A DNA stretch of 54,403 bases from a virus (Duplodnaviria; Caudoviricetes): IMG/VR virus record IMGVR_UViG_3300031951_000213, positions 1 through 54,403 of that record; one strand, 5' to 3'. The notes under the pieces are model-generated. The model searched no databases and was not told the DNA's origin. It was given only the letters and a program-made list of their open reading frames with translations. The stretch's first letter is position 1, and each line of letters begins with the position of its first letter. The position numbers were made by a program, and so were the translations under genes. Of this stretch, positions 1 through 8,847 are shown one piece after another.

Positions 1-441
1 CGTTGTAGCGTAGCCCATTTTATAGAGTTTTTGGGTTTCCGCCGAAATGTTTTTCTTCTCGTAGAATGAGTAGTTCGGAAGAAGCCTTTCCAAGCATTTT
101 GGGTCGTAAGTTTTGGCCATAAGGAATTTTGGGCGGGGGCAGTAAATGGCGGGTTGTTTTTCGCAATTTATAATTTCTAGAATGGTTTTGGGGTTATTTG
201 TTCCAAGCGTTTTGGCGACAAGATCATAGAGAGAAAACCCTTTATCTTCGGCGTAGTCTTTGCACCAGCCAGAATCTTTCCAGACTTTTAAGGTGTTTGG
301 GGCATCGCCGCCGCGATAAATTGCTCGCGTGCGAACATAAGAACCGAAGTCTTGAAGAGGGTAGTTGAGTGTTTGAAGAACTTCGCAGACTTTGCCTGCG
401 GGGTAGGTTTTGTATTCTTTTTTAGAAGCTGGTTGGCTCAT
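1..441 (-). CDS. DNA primase, N-terminal part (runs off the window edge)
   Basis: Not in the ORF track. ATG at 441 opens MSQPASKKEYKTYPAGKVCEVLQTLNYPLQDFGSYVRTRAIYRGGDAPNTLKVWKDSGWCKDY..., open to base 1. It lies directly downstream of the DnaB helicase and resembles a degenerate primase N-terminal domain. Confidence 0.65.
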   Translation of the reverse strand, partial: MSQPASKKEYKTYPAGKVCEVLQTLNYPLQDFGSYVRTRAIYRGGDAPNTLKVWKDSGWCKDYAEDKGFSLYDLVAKTLGTNNPKTILEIINCEKQPAIYCPRPKFLMAKTYDPKCLERLLPNYSFYEKKNISAETQKLYKMGYATT

Positions 442-1933
442 TGGAGTGAGAACGTTCTAGTGAACCAAGATTATTACGATACGGAGCAGACAAACGCAAG
501 TCTCCTTTTTCTGTAATCTTAAAGTTTTTGAATTCAAGGTGAATGAAATTCTTTTCCAACTTGTCTCCAATTTTTACTGGTTCTAGTTCACCAGAAACAT
601 CTTCTCCTAAATGTCGGGCCGCAAAACAGATCAACTTGTGAGTCCCAAATTGCTCGCCATCTTCCAAAATTTCGTCCATTGTTTTCTTTCGTAGGAGAAA
701 CATGTGAGAACAATACTGAATAATACGATCTGACAAGCTGACAACACTTTCGTCGTCTGTGATATGTTCTTTTTTCTTGTTGGTAACAATGCCAGAGCGA
801 TTGCTTTGAACACTGGTGAACATGCTTACCATTGGCTTGTTGTCGAAAATAATTTCTTTGGCGATGAGCTTTTTAAACTTATCAACAATTTCGCCCACAA
901 CTTGCCATTCTGTAAGATTGCCGTTTAATTGGCCAGTTGTTTTAAGGTAGTCGAATGAGATGATCATTCTCTTTCCGCGCCCGACTTTGTTGTAGTAAAA
1001 TCTTTTGGCAAAGGCCACCATTTCATCCGCTGGCATTCCGCCAACGCAATAGTAATAAAAACGCAATTTTTTAATACGCTTCCAGACGGCGCGAACCTTA
1101 TTAACGATTTCTTCGCCAGCTTGTCTCCATTTGCCCGTTTCCAAGAGATAAAGCGGAACGCCCGAAAGCGATGACGCTTGGCGGAAAATTAGCTCTTGTT
1201 CGCTCATTTCGCCGTTATCCAAGTGAAGAACATCTACGTCATATTTATCGGCAACATAGGTTGTATAATCCATTGCCAAAGTGCTTTTGCCACCTTTAGC
1301 GCGAGCGCAAATTACCGTCACGTTTCCTTCGCGAACAAGAGAGCCGTAGATTTTGTTGACTGTTGGAAACGGCCCAAGCATTCCAAAATCTGTGACTGGA
1401 TTATTGCCGCGTTCTTCAATGACGCTTTCCATTTTTTCGTAAATGTTAGACGGCGCATTTTCGCCGCTATCAAATACGTTCATTTGGCTGTTGATTTCTT
1501 TATCAACAATTTCTTCTAGTTCAACAAGAGAGGTCGAACGGTCAGCTTTTTTGAGCTTTTCTGACGCTTTTTCCATCGCGTCTAAAAGTTTTCGGCGCAG
1601 GCTTAGTTTTTTAAGCTCTACCGCCGCTTTATAAACGGAGCCTTCTGGGATGTTTCTAAGGGCCAAACTTTCAACAAATTGGCCGACTGGAATATCCTCA
1701 TCAAACTTGATTCCCAAGCCCTCTAATCGTTGGGCAATAATCATTGCATCAACAGAGTCGCCTTCGCCTTTTTCTACTGCTTGACGAATGAGAGAAAGAA
1801 TCGTTCGGCGCAACAACGAATCTTCGCTATAAATATCGCTCTCTGAAAAGAAGCTTTGAATGGCCAGATATTCATTTGGCTTACGGAGCAAGCCAGCGAG
1901 AAGGTGGGTTTCTAGTTTTTGGTCAAAAATCAT
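422..1933 (-). CDS. dnaB: DnaB-like replicative helicase
   Basis: Walker A ARAKGGKST, catalytic GEMSEQEL, Walker B ISFDYLK, SVQSNR and SDRIIQYCS motifs; N-terminal helical domain. Confidence 0.93.
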   Translation of the reverse strand: MIFDQKLETHLLAGLLRKPNEYLAIQSFFSESDIYSEDSLLRRTILSLIRQAVEKGEGDSVDAMIIAQRLEGLGIKFDEDIPVGQFVESLALRNIPEGSVYKAAVELKKLSLRRKLLDAMEKASEKLKKADRSTSLVELEEIVDKEINSQMNVFDSGENAPSNIYEKMESVIEERGNNPVTDFGMLGPFPTVNKIYGSLVREGNVTVICARAKGGKSTLAMDYTTYVADKYDVDVLHLDNGEMSEQELIFRQASSLSGVPLYLLETGKWRQAGEEIVNKVRAVWKRIKKLRFYYYCVGGMPADEMVAFAKRFYYNKVGRGKRMIISFDYLKTTGQLNGNLTEWQVVGEIVDKFKKLIAKEIIFDNKPMVSMFTSVQSNRSGIVTNKKKEHITDDESVVSLSDRIIQYCSHMFLLRKKTMDEILEDGEQFGTHKLICFAARHLGEDVSGELEPVKIGDKLEKNFIHLEFKNFKITEKGDLRLSAPYRNNLGSLERSHSNEPTSF

Positions 1934-1936
1934 GTT

Positions 1937-2176
1937 TTAATCTTCTTCTACGTCTCCACGTTTACCAACTACTGACTCTTGTTCGTCCATAGCAACAAGA
2001 TAGGTTTCGGCTTTTTTTCTCATTGCATCCAGCATTGCGGCGTTTTGGCATCTGATATATTGGCGCGTGCTTCCGTTCTCGTCAACATAAAAGACCATGC
2101 AGCCTTTGTAATTTTCGCCGTCTCCTGTTAAATCGTAAAGCTTTTCTAAGAAGCTAGGGGGAATTGTGAATGCCAT
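1937..2176 (-). CDS. hypothetical protein
   Basis: ORF in the replication operon; start moved to ATG 2176, 4 nt after a GTTAGTATC motif. Confidence 0.7.
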   Translation of the reverse strand: MAFTIPPSFLEKLYDLTGDGENYKGCMVFYVDENGSTRQYIRCQNAAMLDAMRKKAETYLVAMDEQESVVGKRGDVEED

Positions 2177-2180
2177 GTAC

Positions 2181-2189
2181 GATACTAAC
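2181..2189 (-). promoter_or_regulatory. GTTADTATA-class promoter motif (GTTAGTATC)
   Basis: Recurrent motif 4 nt before ATG 2176. Confidence 0.55.
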
Positions 2190-2211
2190 GCTTTAGGCAA
2201 AGGGTTATTAC

Positions 2212-2400
2212 CTAGAAAGGTTCTGCAATAAGTTTTCGTTTTTTAGCTTCTCTTTTGGCAAATGGCTTGCAAGCGGCTTGATGGATTAATGCGTATCCAC
2301 AATACGGCTTATCATTTAAGACGAAAAGAATTTCCTCATCAGAGGCGGCCCTATAATAAAGGATTTTGTGTTTTTTTAATTTGTATCCGCCAATTTTCAT
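2212..2400 (-). CDS. hypothetical protein
   Basis: ATGA overlap with the upstream gene. Confidence 0.55.
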   Translation of the reverse strand: MKIGGYKLKKHKILYYRAASDEEILFVLNDKPYCGYALIHQAACKPFAKREAKKRKLIAEPF

Positions 2401-2804
2401 AACTCTATTCCTCTCTCTAAAAAGAATTCGTAAGTGAAATCATCTTCTGAATAAGTTTCTACGAGAGTAAAACCGTTAAGTTCTGCCCATTCATGCTTCT
2501 TCATGTCTCTTTTAATTTGACCCAAAAACTTACCAACTCTTGATCCGTGAAAGTGTTTGACGAATTTTTGGTGTTGAACGCCTTGGTGTTCAATAATTAT
2601 CTTCTTTGAAAAATTGATCAAGTCAAACGTCATTTTTGACCCGACAACAGGAAATTCCTCGCATACAATATCTCCCGACCAATAGCGATACAAGAACCGC
2701 TTAAGGGCCGTTTGACCCTTAGAGCGTGTGCCGCCGTTCCAGTCCACTAGATATTTGGTTAGGCTTTTGGACTTTTTGCGGCCTTTTAGGTCAAGAAAGG
2801 TCAT
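2397..2804 (-). CDS. Vsr/DUF559-like PD-(D/E)XK endonuclease
   Basis: EEFP...FDL...IIIEHQGVQH...RDMKKHEWAELNGFTLVE pattern typical of very-short-patch-repair-like nucleases. Confidence 0.75.
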   Translation of the reverse strand: MTFLDLKGRKKSKSLTKYLVDWNGGTRSKGQTALKRFLYRYWSGDIVCEEFPVVGSKMTFDLINFSKKIIIEHQGVQHQKFVKHFHGSRVGKFLGQIKRDMKKHEWAELNGFTLVETYSEDDFTYEFFLERGIEL

Positions 2805-3955
2805 GATACGTCGATCATTTTTTTGATCTTGGTGTAGAAGTGGTTTTTGATTGGTTCATTCTCCTCAATCAAGGCGTAGAGGTTGTTAATGCCTTGGATT
2901 TTTTCGGGCAATTCTAGGCCAGCGGCTTTGGCTTCTTCCAAGATTTCTGATTCAAAAGCGAGCCAACTGCTGCTTTTCACCAACATTTGATAGGAGAGCA
3001 TGAAGTCGGCAATTTCTTTGCTTTGCCAAACAGCGTTGCCGATAACGCCTTTTTTCACAGGGTATGAGATGATTGTTCCAGTAACATCATTAGCTGATTT
3101 GCGAATTGCTACATTTGCCCATACGCCTAGAATTTTGTTGGTTACAGGGTCGGGTTTTTCTTTTTCCTTTTCCAAGATAAGGTCTTTGCCATATCTTGGC
3201 TGATATTCAAGAACGTAATCCGCTTGGTGGCTGATAGATGATCCGCCCGAAGAACTAGCTTGGCGAGGGACATTCGGTGAGTATGGGTCTAGCTTAATTT
3301 CAGCGGCATATTGGCCCGTAACCATGAGCAATGCGTCGTAGTGGCTTACTGGCAGTGCCAAATGTCGGAAAAGAAGTTTTGTCAAAAGGGGAACGCCAGC
3401 AACTTTTGGAGAGCCGTCAAAACCCTTGTCAAGGTCTGCTTTCAAGATTAGGCCGTCCATTGAGTCAATGATTACGCAAATATGTTCGCCATTCTGATAG
3501 CCAGTTTTAATTGTTTCTAGAACAACCTTGGCAACAGTTTCAAACACATTGCATGAAAGAACAAAAACTGAACCATATTCCCATTCCTCGGCGGAATGAA
3601 CAAATTTCATGCCAGTTCTAGCCATCATTTCGGGCGAAAGTCGGCCTTCTGCTTTGACAAAGATTGTTTTAGCTTTGTCCATCGTCTTCATGTAATTGTC
3701 GGCAATAACAAAGGCGGAGCTTGTTTTGCCAAGTTCTTGACCCTTGCCAACAAGGCGAACAACCATTCCACTGCGAATTTTAACTGCCGAATCAAGAAGA
3801 AGCGAACCAGTTGAAATCACTTTACCATCAGCAATTACGTCGTTGTAAACGTCAACTTTAATATCTTTGTCTTTGAGTAGGCCAGCTAAAGCATCTGAGG
3901 CTGTTTTTGTTGGCTTGTCTTCGGCGGGTTTTAGGATTTTTTTGATTGTGGCCAT
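2801..3955 (-). CDS. RecA/UvsX-like recombinase
   Basis: ISTGSLLLD, P-loop GKGQELGKTS, KAEGRL, Walker B VIIDSMDGL, SSGGSSISH. Confidence 0.88.
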   Translation of the reverse strand: MATIKKILKPAEDKPTKTASDALAGLLKDKDIKVDVYNDVIADGKVISTGSLLLDSAVKIRSGMVVRLVGKGQELGKTSSAFVIADNYMKTMDKAKTIFVKAEGRLSPEMMARTGMKFVHSAEEWEYGSVFVLSCNVFETVAKVVLETIKTGYQNGEHICVIIDSMDGLILKADLDKGFDGSPKVAGVPLLTKLLFRHLALPVSHYDALLMVTGQYAAEIKLDPYSPNVPRQASSSGGSSISHQADYVLEYQPRYGKDLILEKEKEKPDPVTNKILGVWANVAIRKSANDVTGTIISYPVKKGVIGNAVWQSKEIADFMLSYQMLVKSSSWLAFESEILEEAKAAGLELPEKIQGINNLYALIEENEPIKNHFYTKIKKMIDVS

Positions 3956-3960
3956 GTGTA

Positions 3961-4233
3961 TTAGTGGGGGATTTCTTTGCTGTTTGGGGTGTAGGTAGTT
4001 CTATCCCCGAATTTTGATTCGTTTCCTAGTATATTAACTAACTCGTCTTCTGTCAAGACTTTTGCGGCCAATTTTTTGATGAGTTCTAATAGTGTGGTGG
4101 TATTTTCCAGTTCATATCTAGGATTCTCTTCGTCCCAATCTGCTACGTTAATAAGCATTGGTTCGGGCAGCATTTCGTCCAAAAATGCTAGTTTGCTGAT
4201 AGTAATGGAGGATTTTCCTTGGGTTTTAATCAT
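3961..4233 (-). CDS. hypothetical protein
   Basis: Tightly packed ORF. Confidence 0.6.
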   Translation of the reverse strand: MIKTQGKSSITISKLAFLDEMLPEPMLINVADWDEENPRYELENTTTLLELIKKLAAKVLTEDELVNILGNESKFGDRTTYTPNSKEIPH

Positions 4234-4436
4234 AGGAATTTGTATTCTTTAAGACCTTTGAAGACTGAGACTTCTTTTGCCTTCTTTTCTCCAGAAAGAA
4301 GGTCAGTGTATTCTACAAGATAATAGTTGAATACTTCGTGGCCATGTGGAATTTCAATCTCCTCCCGCCGAAGGAAGGTTCTTTTCGTCTCTTTCCAGAT
4401 TCTTCTTTTGAAGAGGTTTTTGAGCAGATTAATCAT
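4230..4436 (-). CDS. hypothetical protein (resembles 39543-39737)
   Basis: ATGA overlaps; similarity by eye to 39543-39737. Confidence 0.6.
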   Translation of the reverse strand: MINLLKNLFKRRIWKETKRTFLRREEIEIPHGHEVFNYYLVEYTDLLSGEKKAKEVSVFKGLKEYKFL

Positions 4437-4810
4437 GATAGTATTTCTCTTAACGACTTTTTTTTCTCTATTTTCAAATCTTCGCCCGATTTTTCGCCCA
4501 AGGTTATCGTTTCGTGAGTTGGTGGGACATAAAGATACACCCGATAACGGCGTTCCAAATCAAGCATAAGATCATCGCAGAATAGAACGGCCAGCGATTG
4601 CCACTTCTTGCTGTATTTTAGTTGATTTAGGAAGGGGAGGGGGAATTTTTCTTCTAGCTTTTTGAGAATGCTGCATTCTTTGATGAGCCAAAGTTTAATG
4701 TTTTGAGACGGTTTCTCAACAAGGCGTTCGATTAGCTTGTGTTTGTTAATCGGCGGAAGTTTGGGGGGCTTCGGCGGTTTGGGAATTTTGGGCTTTTTAG
4801 GGCGCGGCAT
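4433..4810 (-). CDS. hypothetical protein with Pro/Lys-rich N-terminus
   Basis: Tightly packed ORF; starts MPRPKKPKIPKPPKPPKLPP. Confidence 0.65.
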   Translation of the reverse strand: MPRPKKPKIPKPPKPPKLPPINKHKLIERLVEKPSQNIKLWLIKECSILKKLEEKFPLPFLNQLKYSKKWQSLAVLFCDDLMLDLERRYRVYLYVPPTHETITLGEKSGEDLKIEKKKSLREILS

Positions 4811-4811
4811 G

Positions 4812-5012
4812 TTAATTTACGTCGCAAACCTCCAATGTTTTAAATTCTTCTTCATCTGCTGCGGCCCTATAAATTGCTCTAAAGGAGTTGCCATGAATGC
4901 CTCTCCAATGGGTTACTAATCCGCCCCCTTCTTTATTTAGAAGAACAAATTCCATATCCTCAATATGAGGATACTTAAACCTTGCGCCAAGTGGTAGAGA
5001 TGATAGTTTCAT
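4812..5012 (-). CDS. hypothetical protein
   Basis: Start moved to ATG 5012, 6 nt after a sigma70 -10 box. Confidence 0.6.
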   Translation of the reverse strand: MKLSSLPLGARFKYPHIEDMEFVLLNKEGGGLVTHWRGIHGNSFRAIYRAAADEEEFKTLEVCDVN

Positions 5013-5018
5013 TGTGCT

Positions 5019-5046
5019 ATTGTAGCCCAAAGAAACAACTTGTCAA
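5019..5046 (-). promoter_or_regulatory. sigma70-like early promoter
   Basis: TTGACA-N16-TACAAT-N6-ATG. Confidence 0.7.
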
Positions 5047-6107
5047 GGATTATTTATATCCCAATCTACCATTTCCCAGATAATGTCTTCCAGTGTTTTT
5101 TCTGGTTTCCAACCCAACTCTTTTCTGATTTTGTTTGAATTGCCGAATAAAAAATCCACGTCACTTGGCCGAAAAAACTTTTGGTCGATAGAGACTAGAA
5201 CGATTTTTTTCTTTGTAGCCAAACCGTTCTCATCCGTGAGAATGTATTCCTCATCTAACGGTTCTCCTGTCAAGTTATGCCAGCAACCTTTGATTCCAGC
5301 GGCAAAAAACGCTTTTTCAACAAATTCTCGAATAGAGTGAGTGTCATTTTCAGAGATAACGTAGGGTTTCGGCGGCGATTCTTGATTCGCTACTAACCAA
5401 AGAGCCTTGGCAACATCTGCCGCGTGTTGCCAAGAGCGGTAGCTGTTCAAATTACCTAGCTTGATTGGCTCAAAATCCTTACTGTCTTTTAGGGAGTGGT
5501 AAATGCGGGCTACCCCCTTTGTGATTTTGCGAGTAACATACTTTTCTCCACGAAGTTTAGATTCAAAATTGAATGTCCAAGGTTGGACGGCATAAAGTCC
5601 GTAACTTTCCCTATAAATGTCAGTCATATAGCGAGCATAGCTTTTGCTGGCGGCATAAGGCGATTTGGGCGAAATAATTGTTGATTCGTCTTGGGATTTT
5701 TGGCCATCTTTTAGGGTGCAACCTAATTCTTCGCTAGTCCCAAGGTTTACAAAGCGACACTTCGGGCAGTATTTTCTAACTGCTTCAAGCAGTTTAGCAA
5801 CGCCAAGTCCGTTCGTAATCAAATGCGATTCAAAAACCGACCAACTTTCCCCAACGTAGGCGTTCGCTCCAGTGTTGAAAATATAGTCTGGCTTATGTTT
5901 TTCAATTACTGAATCAATAGATGCGCCATCTGTCAAGTCAAGAAGTTCCGTGATTACCTTGCTATCGTCAAAAATAAATTCCTGCTTGTCGTAACTTTTG
6001 TGACGAATGGTGGCCAAGATTTCAAAACTCGGATGCTCGTCTTGAAAGAACTTAATGAGATGTTGACCTAACTGCCCGTTTTTACCTGTAATTAAAACCT
6101 TAGTCAT
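5043..6107 (-). CDS. gmd: GDP-mannose 4,6-dehydratase
   Basis: ITGKNGQLG Rossmann motif, TSEE, SPYAASK, FNFES, YVTRKIT, LGNLNSYRSWQHA, FFRPSDVDFLFG; start at MTKVLITG. Confidence 0.92.
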   Translation of the reverse strand: MTKVLITGKNGQLGQHLIKFFQDEHPSFEILATIRHKSYDKQEFIFDDSKVITELLDLTDGASIDSVIEKHKPDYIFNTGANAYVGESWSVFESHLITNGLGVAKLLEAVRKYCPKCRFVNLGTSEELGCTLKDGQKSQDESTIISPKSPYAASKSYARYMTDIYRESYGLYAVQPWTFNFESKLRGEKYVTRKITKGVARIYHSLKDSKDFEPIKLGNLNSYRSWQHAADVAKALWLVANQESPPKPYVISENDTHSIREFVEKAFFAAGIKGCWHNLTGEPLDEEYILTDENGLATKKKIVLVSIDQKFFRPSDVDFLFGNSNKIRKELGWKPEKTLEDIIWEMVDWDINNP

Positions 6108-6111
6108 AAAA

Positions 6112-6120
6112 CATAATAAC
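6112..6120 (-). promoter_or_regulatory. GTTADTATA-class promoter motif (GTTATTATG)
   Basis: 4 nt before the gmd ATG. Confidence 0.5.
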
Positions 6121-6121
6121 A

Positions 6122-6748
6122 TCAACTCCTGACATATAACGCATCTCCCCAAGGATGATTCTCCCAAAATACTGTTTCGGCCCGAATAAATCCTAGTGGC
6201 GCGAGATATTCATCAATTTGATCAACCAAAGCACAACCCTTGTAAACTTCGCGGCTATTGATTTCTGTGTAGATAAACTGAACACTGGCTAGTTCTTTAA
6301 ACCCTTTTAGGGCCAAAAGTTCGGCTCCTTGAATATCGAGATTGAGGAGGTCGATTTTCGGACTCTCAACTTCGGCCAAAATTGAGGAAATGGTTTTAGT
6401 TTGCCGCTTCTCCGCACTCGTGTAAACTACATCTGGAAACAGGGATGAATGTTCACCTAGCTCCAAAATAGACGATGACTGGTTATTATTGGAGGTGTGG
6501 AATGTAACGGTGTCTTCGTCACGTTCGCCAACAACTTCGCAGAAAACCTTGTTTGATGGATTTTTGCAAACATGTTCAGCCAATTTTAAATCGTAGGCAA
6601 GCGATTTATTAGCCTCGACCCAATAAATGGTATCCGCTCCAAGACTTTTGTATAAAGGATATTCTTCTGCCCTATGTGCCCCGACATGTAAAATTGCCTT
6701 GGGATAAATTCCGTATTTTTCGCGAAGTTGTAGTAAGTCAATTAACAT
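6122..6748 (-). CDS. FkbM-family SAM methyltransferase
   Basis: ILHVGAHRAEE, WVEAN, QSSSIL, LNLDIQGAELLALKG, WGDALY. Confidence 0.9.
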   Translation of the reverse strand: MLIDLLQLREKYGIYPKAILHVGAHRAEEYPLYKSLGADTIYWVEANKSLAYDLKLAEHVCKNPSNKVFCEVVGERDEDTVTFHTSNNNQSSSILELGEHSSLFPDVVYTSAEKRQTKTISSILAEVESPKIDLLNLDIQGAELLALKGFKELASVQFIYTEINSREVYKGCALVDQIDEYLAPLGFIRAETVFWENHPWGDALYVRS

Positions 6749-7367
6749 GGTGCCAGTTTAAAAGTGAACAGGTTGGTGGGAAAATATCGCCATGCCATTT
6801 GGGAAAGTTTAAGGGATTGGGGCAAATTACCTCTTTCTGGTTGCCAAGAAATCCTATCCACCACGAAAACGTTCCTAGAGACAAGACCTTCTTTGAAAAC
6901 GCGGCCCCAAACTTGATTGTATTTTCGGGCGAATCTTGATAAGGTTCTAGGTTAAATTCGGCGCAAAGTTCTTTAATGATTGGATCGTCGGGCGAATCTG
7001 AGGAAACGTATCCTCCGTTTGATCCATCCAAGGCTTTTTTATAATAATCGGCGGAAGCGAATCGGTTTCCAGATTGAGAATGGCTCTCAAGAAGGTCGCC
7101 AAGTCTAACGTGAACGAAAGCTCCTTCTCTTTCTTGAATTGGCGAAAACTGCAACCTTTTGAATTCAAAAACCGCCGAAGATGTTTGAAAAAATCCGTTA
7201 ATAGAAACATCGTCTCCGCCGTTTTCTTCAAAAACGTTTTTATGAGGAAGGATAGACTGCTCCAAGGGATTCTCAATATTCAGCCCAAGTTTATCCGCAA
7301 CGACTTTGGCCGCTGCAAATTGAAACAAATTGTTGCCAAATCGGCCCTGATAGTTGATTCTAACCAC
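6738..7367 (-). CDS. GT11 alpha-1,2-fucosyltransferase-like glycosyltransferase
   Basis: GRFGNNLFQFA, GFFQ, VHVRLGD, GTFSWWIGFL motifs. Confidence 0.85.
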   Translation of the reverse strand: MVRINYQGRFGNNLFQFAAAKVVADKLGLNIENPLEQSILPHKNVFEENGGDDVSINGFFQTSSAVFEFKRLQFSPIQEREGAFVHVRLGDLLESHSQSGNRFASADYYKKALDGSNGGYVSSDSPDDPIIKELCAEFNLEPYQDSPENTIKFGAAFSKKVLSLGTFSWWIGFLGNQKEVICPNPLNFPKWHGDIFPPTCSLLNWHHVN

Positions 7368-8118
7368 AAATCTTTTCCCTCCAATAGCTCATATAAAGAG
7401 CGTCGGTTGAACAGTTTTCTGGAATTTTTAGCTCTAAGTTATTCCAATCCGTTACTTGAATAACGGGAATGTTCCACTCGTCATACATAAAATGCTTGTC
7501 CACAATAGGGATTGACCCTACAAGCAAGGCTTCCCATGTTCTGTGACAGTCAATACCATTACCACGAGGAGAGGCGACGTATTTTCGGCGGGCCAAATCT
7601 TTAAAATATTCACTGTAAGGTTTTGGTCCAGAGAATTCGGCTTTAGGGTTTTCTCCTAGAATTTCTCTCTTAGTTTGACGGTCATGGTGAGTGTCAGCAA
7701 AGTTAATGTAAATTGCCCCGCTTTTCGTGTATTCTGCCAAGTCGTCCAACTCGTTTTCAATAAACGATTGGTCAATACATGTTCCTTTGCTTGGGCCGCA
7801 GTGATTTTCAATTCCAATAGGGATAGGAACTAAGTCTGGATGTTGGCAGTCGGCATTTTGGGCGAACCATTTTTTGATGCATTTTGGGCGGCTGTTGAAA
7901 AGTGTTTCTGTGATTGGGTAATCTGATAGGTGAGAGATTAGCGTTAGCGAACCATCGAAATCGGCCAATTCAGAAAACAAGACGTTCAAAAGGTCGGTTT
8001 TACAGAAGACGATTTTGGCCCTATCAAAGTTGCGAGCTTGACCAACTGTGTCAACGTCAATGATTAAATCAGCAAGGCTCTTAAAGTTTTCGCCGTTGAC
8101 AATTTCTGATACTTTCAT
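7360..8118 (-). CDS. exostosin/GT47-like glycosyltransferase
   Basis: C-terminal YVASPRGNGIDCHRTWEALLVGSIPIV motif. Confidence 0.75.
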   Translation of the reverse strand: MKVSEIVNGENFKSLADLIIDVDTVGQARNFDRAKIVFCKTDLLNVLFSELADFDGSLTLISHLSDYPITETLFNSRPKCIKKWFAQNADCQHPDLVPIPIGIENHCGPSKGTCIDQSFIENELDDLAEYTKSGAIYINFADTHHDRQTKREILGENPKAEFSGPKPYSEYFKDLARRKYVASPRGNGIDCHRTWEALLVGSIPIVDKHFMYDEWNIPVIQVTDWNNLELKIPENCSTDALYMSYWREKICG

Positions 8119-8846
8119 TAACTAACTCCACGATGTTTTACTGTTTCTGATGCTATTGAATTAGCAAAGTGGATTGCGTAATCAATATCTTGTTTCGCCG
8201 AAAAAGAAAGGATTAGTGCGGCAAAAAATGAATCCCCCGCGCCCGAAACATCTTTTACTTCGACTTTGTTGACAGGATATTGTTTTCCGCCGAAATGGCA
8301 GCCATTTTCGCCCGCTGTATGGATGATTTTTGACTGGAGTTCGGGCGTCAAGTAAGGCTTAGAGTTCTGATATTCAAAGTCGTTAATTTTGATGAATTTA
8401 GCGGATCGGGCGAAGTCTTTTACTGGTTTCTTTGTGTCAATAAAGACGTTTGGATGGTTTTTGCAGATTTTTTCAATCGTTTCCTCCGATAAGAAACCTT
8501 TGTTGTAATCGGAAATGGCGATGATTTCGTATTCGTTTAGCTCTTTTAGGTCGATTTCAACTGGCTCAAAAGAGTGCGGCGAATCTACGCGAAGGAAATG
8601 ATGGTTGCTTTTTTCGTCAACAAATCGTGTTTTTGTAACGTTTTGCCAGTTATCATTTGTCAGAAGAGCGGCGCAATCTGGTTCAAGTTTTTGAAGCAGT
8701 CGAAAAACATTTGCTGCCATTCCTGGGTTTTCTGTTTGTCGAACAACATTAAGAACTGGAACGGGAACGTCTGGTGCCAGACGTTTAGCGTCACAGTAAA
8801 CAAAAACGTCTTTACAAGATTCGCCGATAACTAAAATTTTACCCAT
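8118..8846 (-). CDS. PfkB-family sugar kinase, HldA/RfaE domain I-like (heptose-7-phosphate kinase)
   Basis: ILVIGESCKD, RLAPDVPVPV, GMAANV, TKTRF, ISDYNKGFL, DVSGAGDSF. Confidence 0.88.
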   Translation of the reverse strand: MGKILVIGESCKDVFVYCDAKRLAPDVPVPVLNVVRQTENPGMAANVFRLLQKLEPDCAALLTNDNWQNVTKTRFVDEKSNHHFLRVDSPHSFEPVEIDLKELNEYEIIAISDYNKGFLSEETIEKICKNHPNVFIDTKKPVKDFARSAKFIKINDFEYQNSKPYLTPELQSKIIHTAGENGCHFGGKQYPVNKVEVKDVSGAGDSFFAALILSFSAKQDIDYAIHFANSIASETVKHRGVS

Positions 8847-8847
8847 A

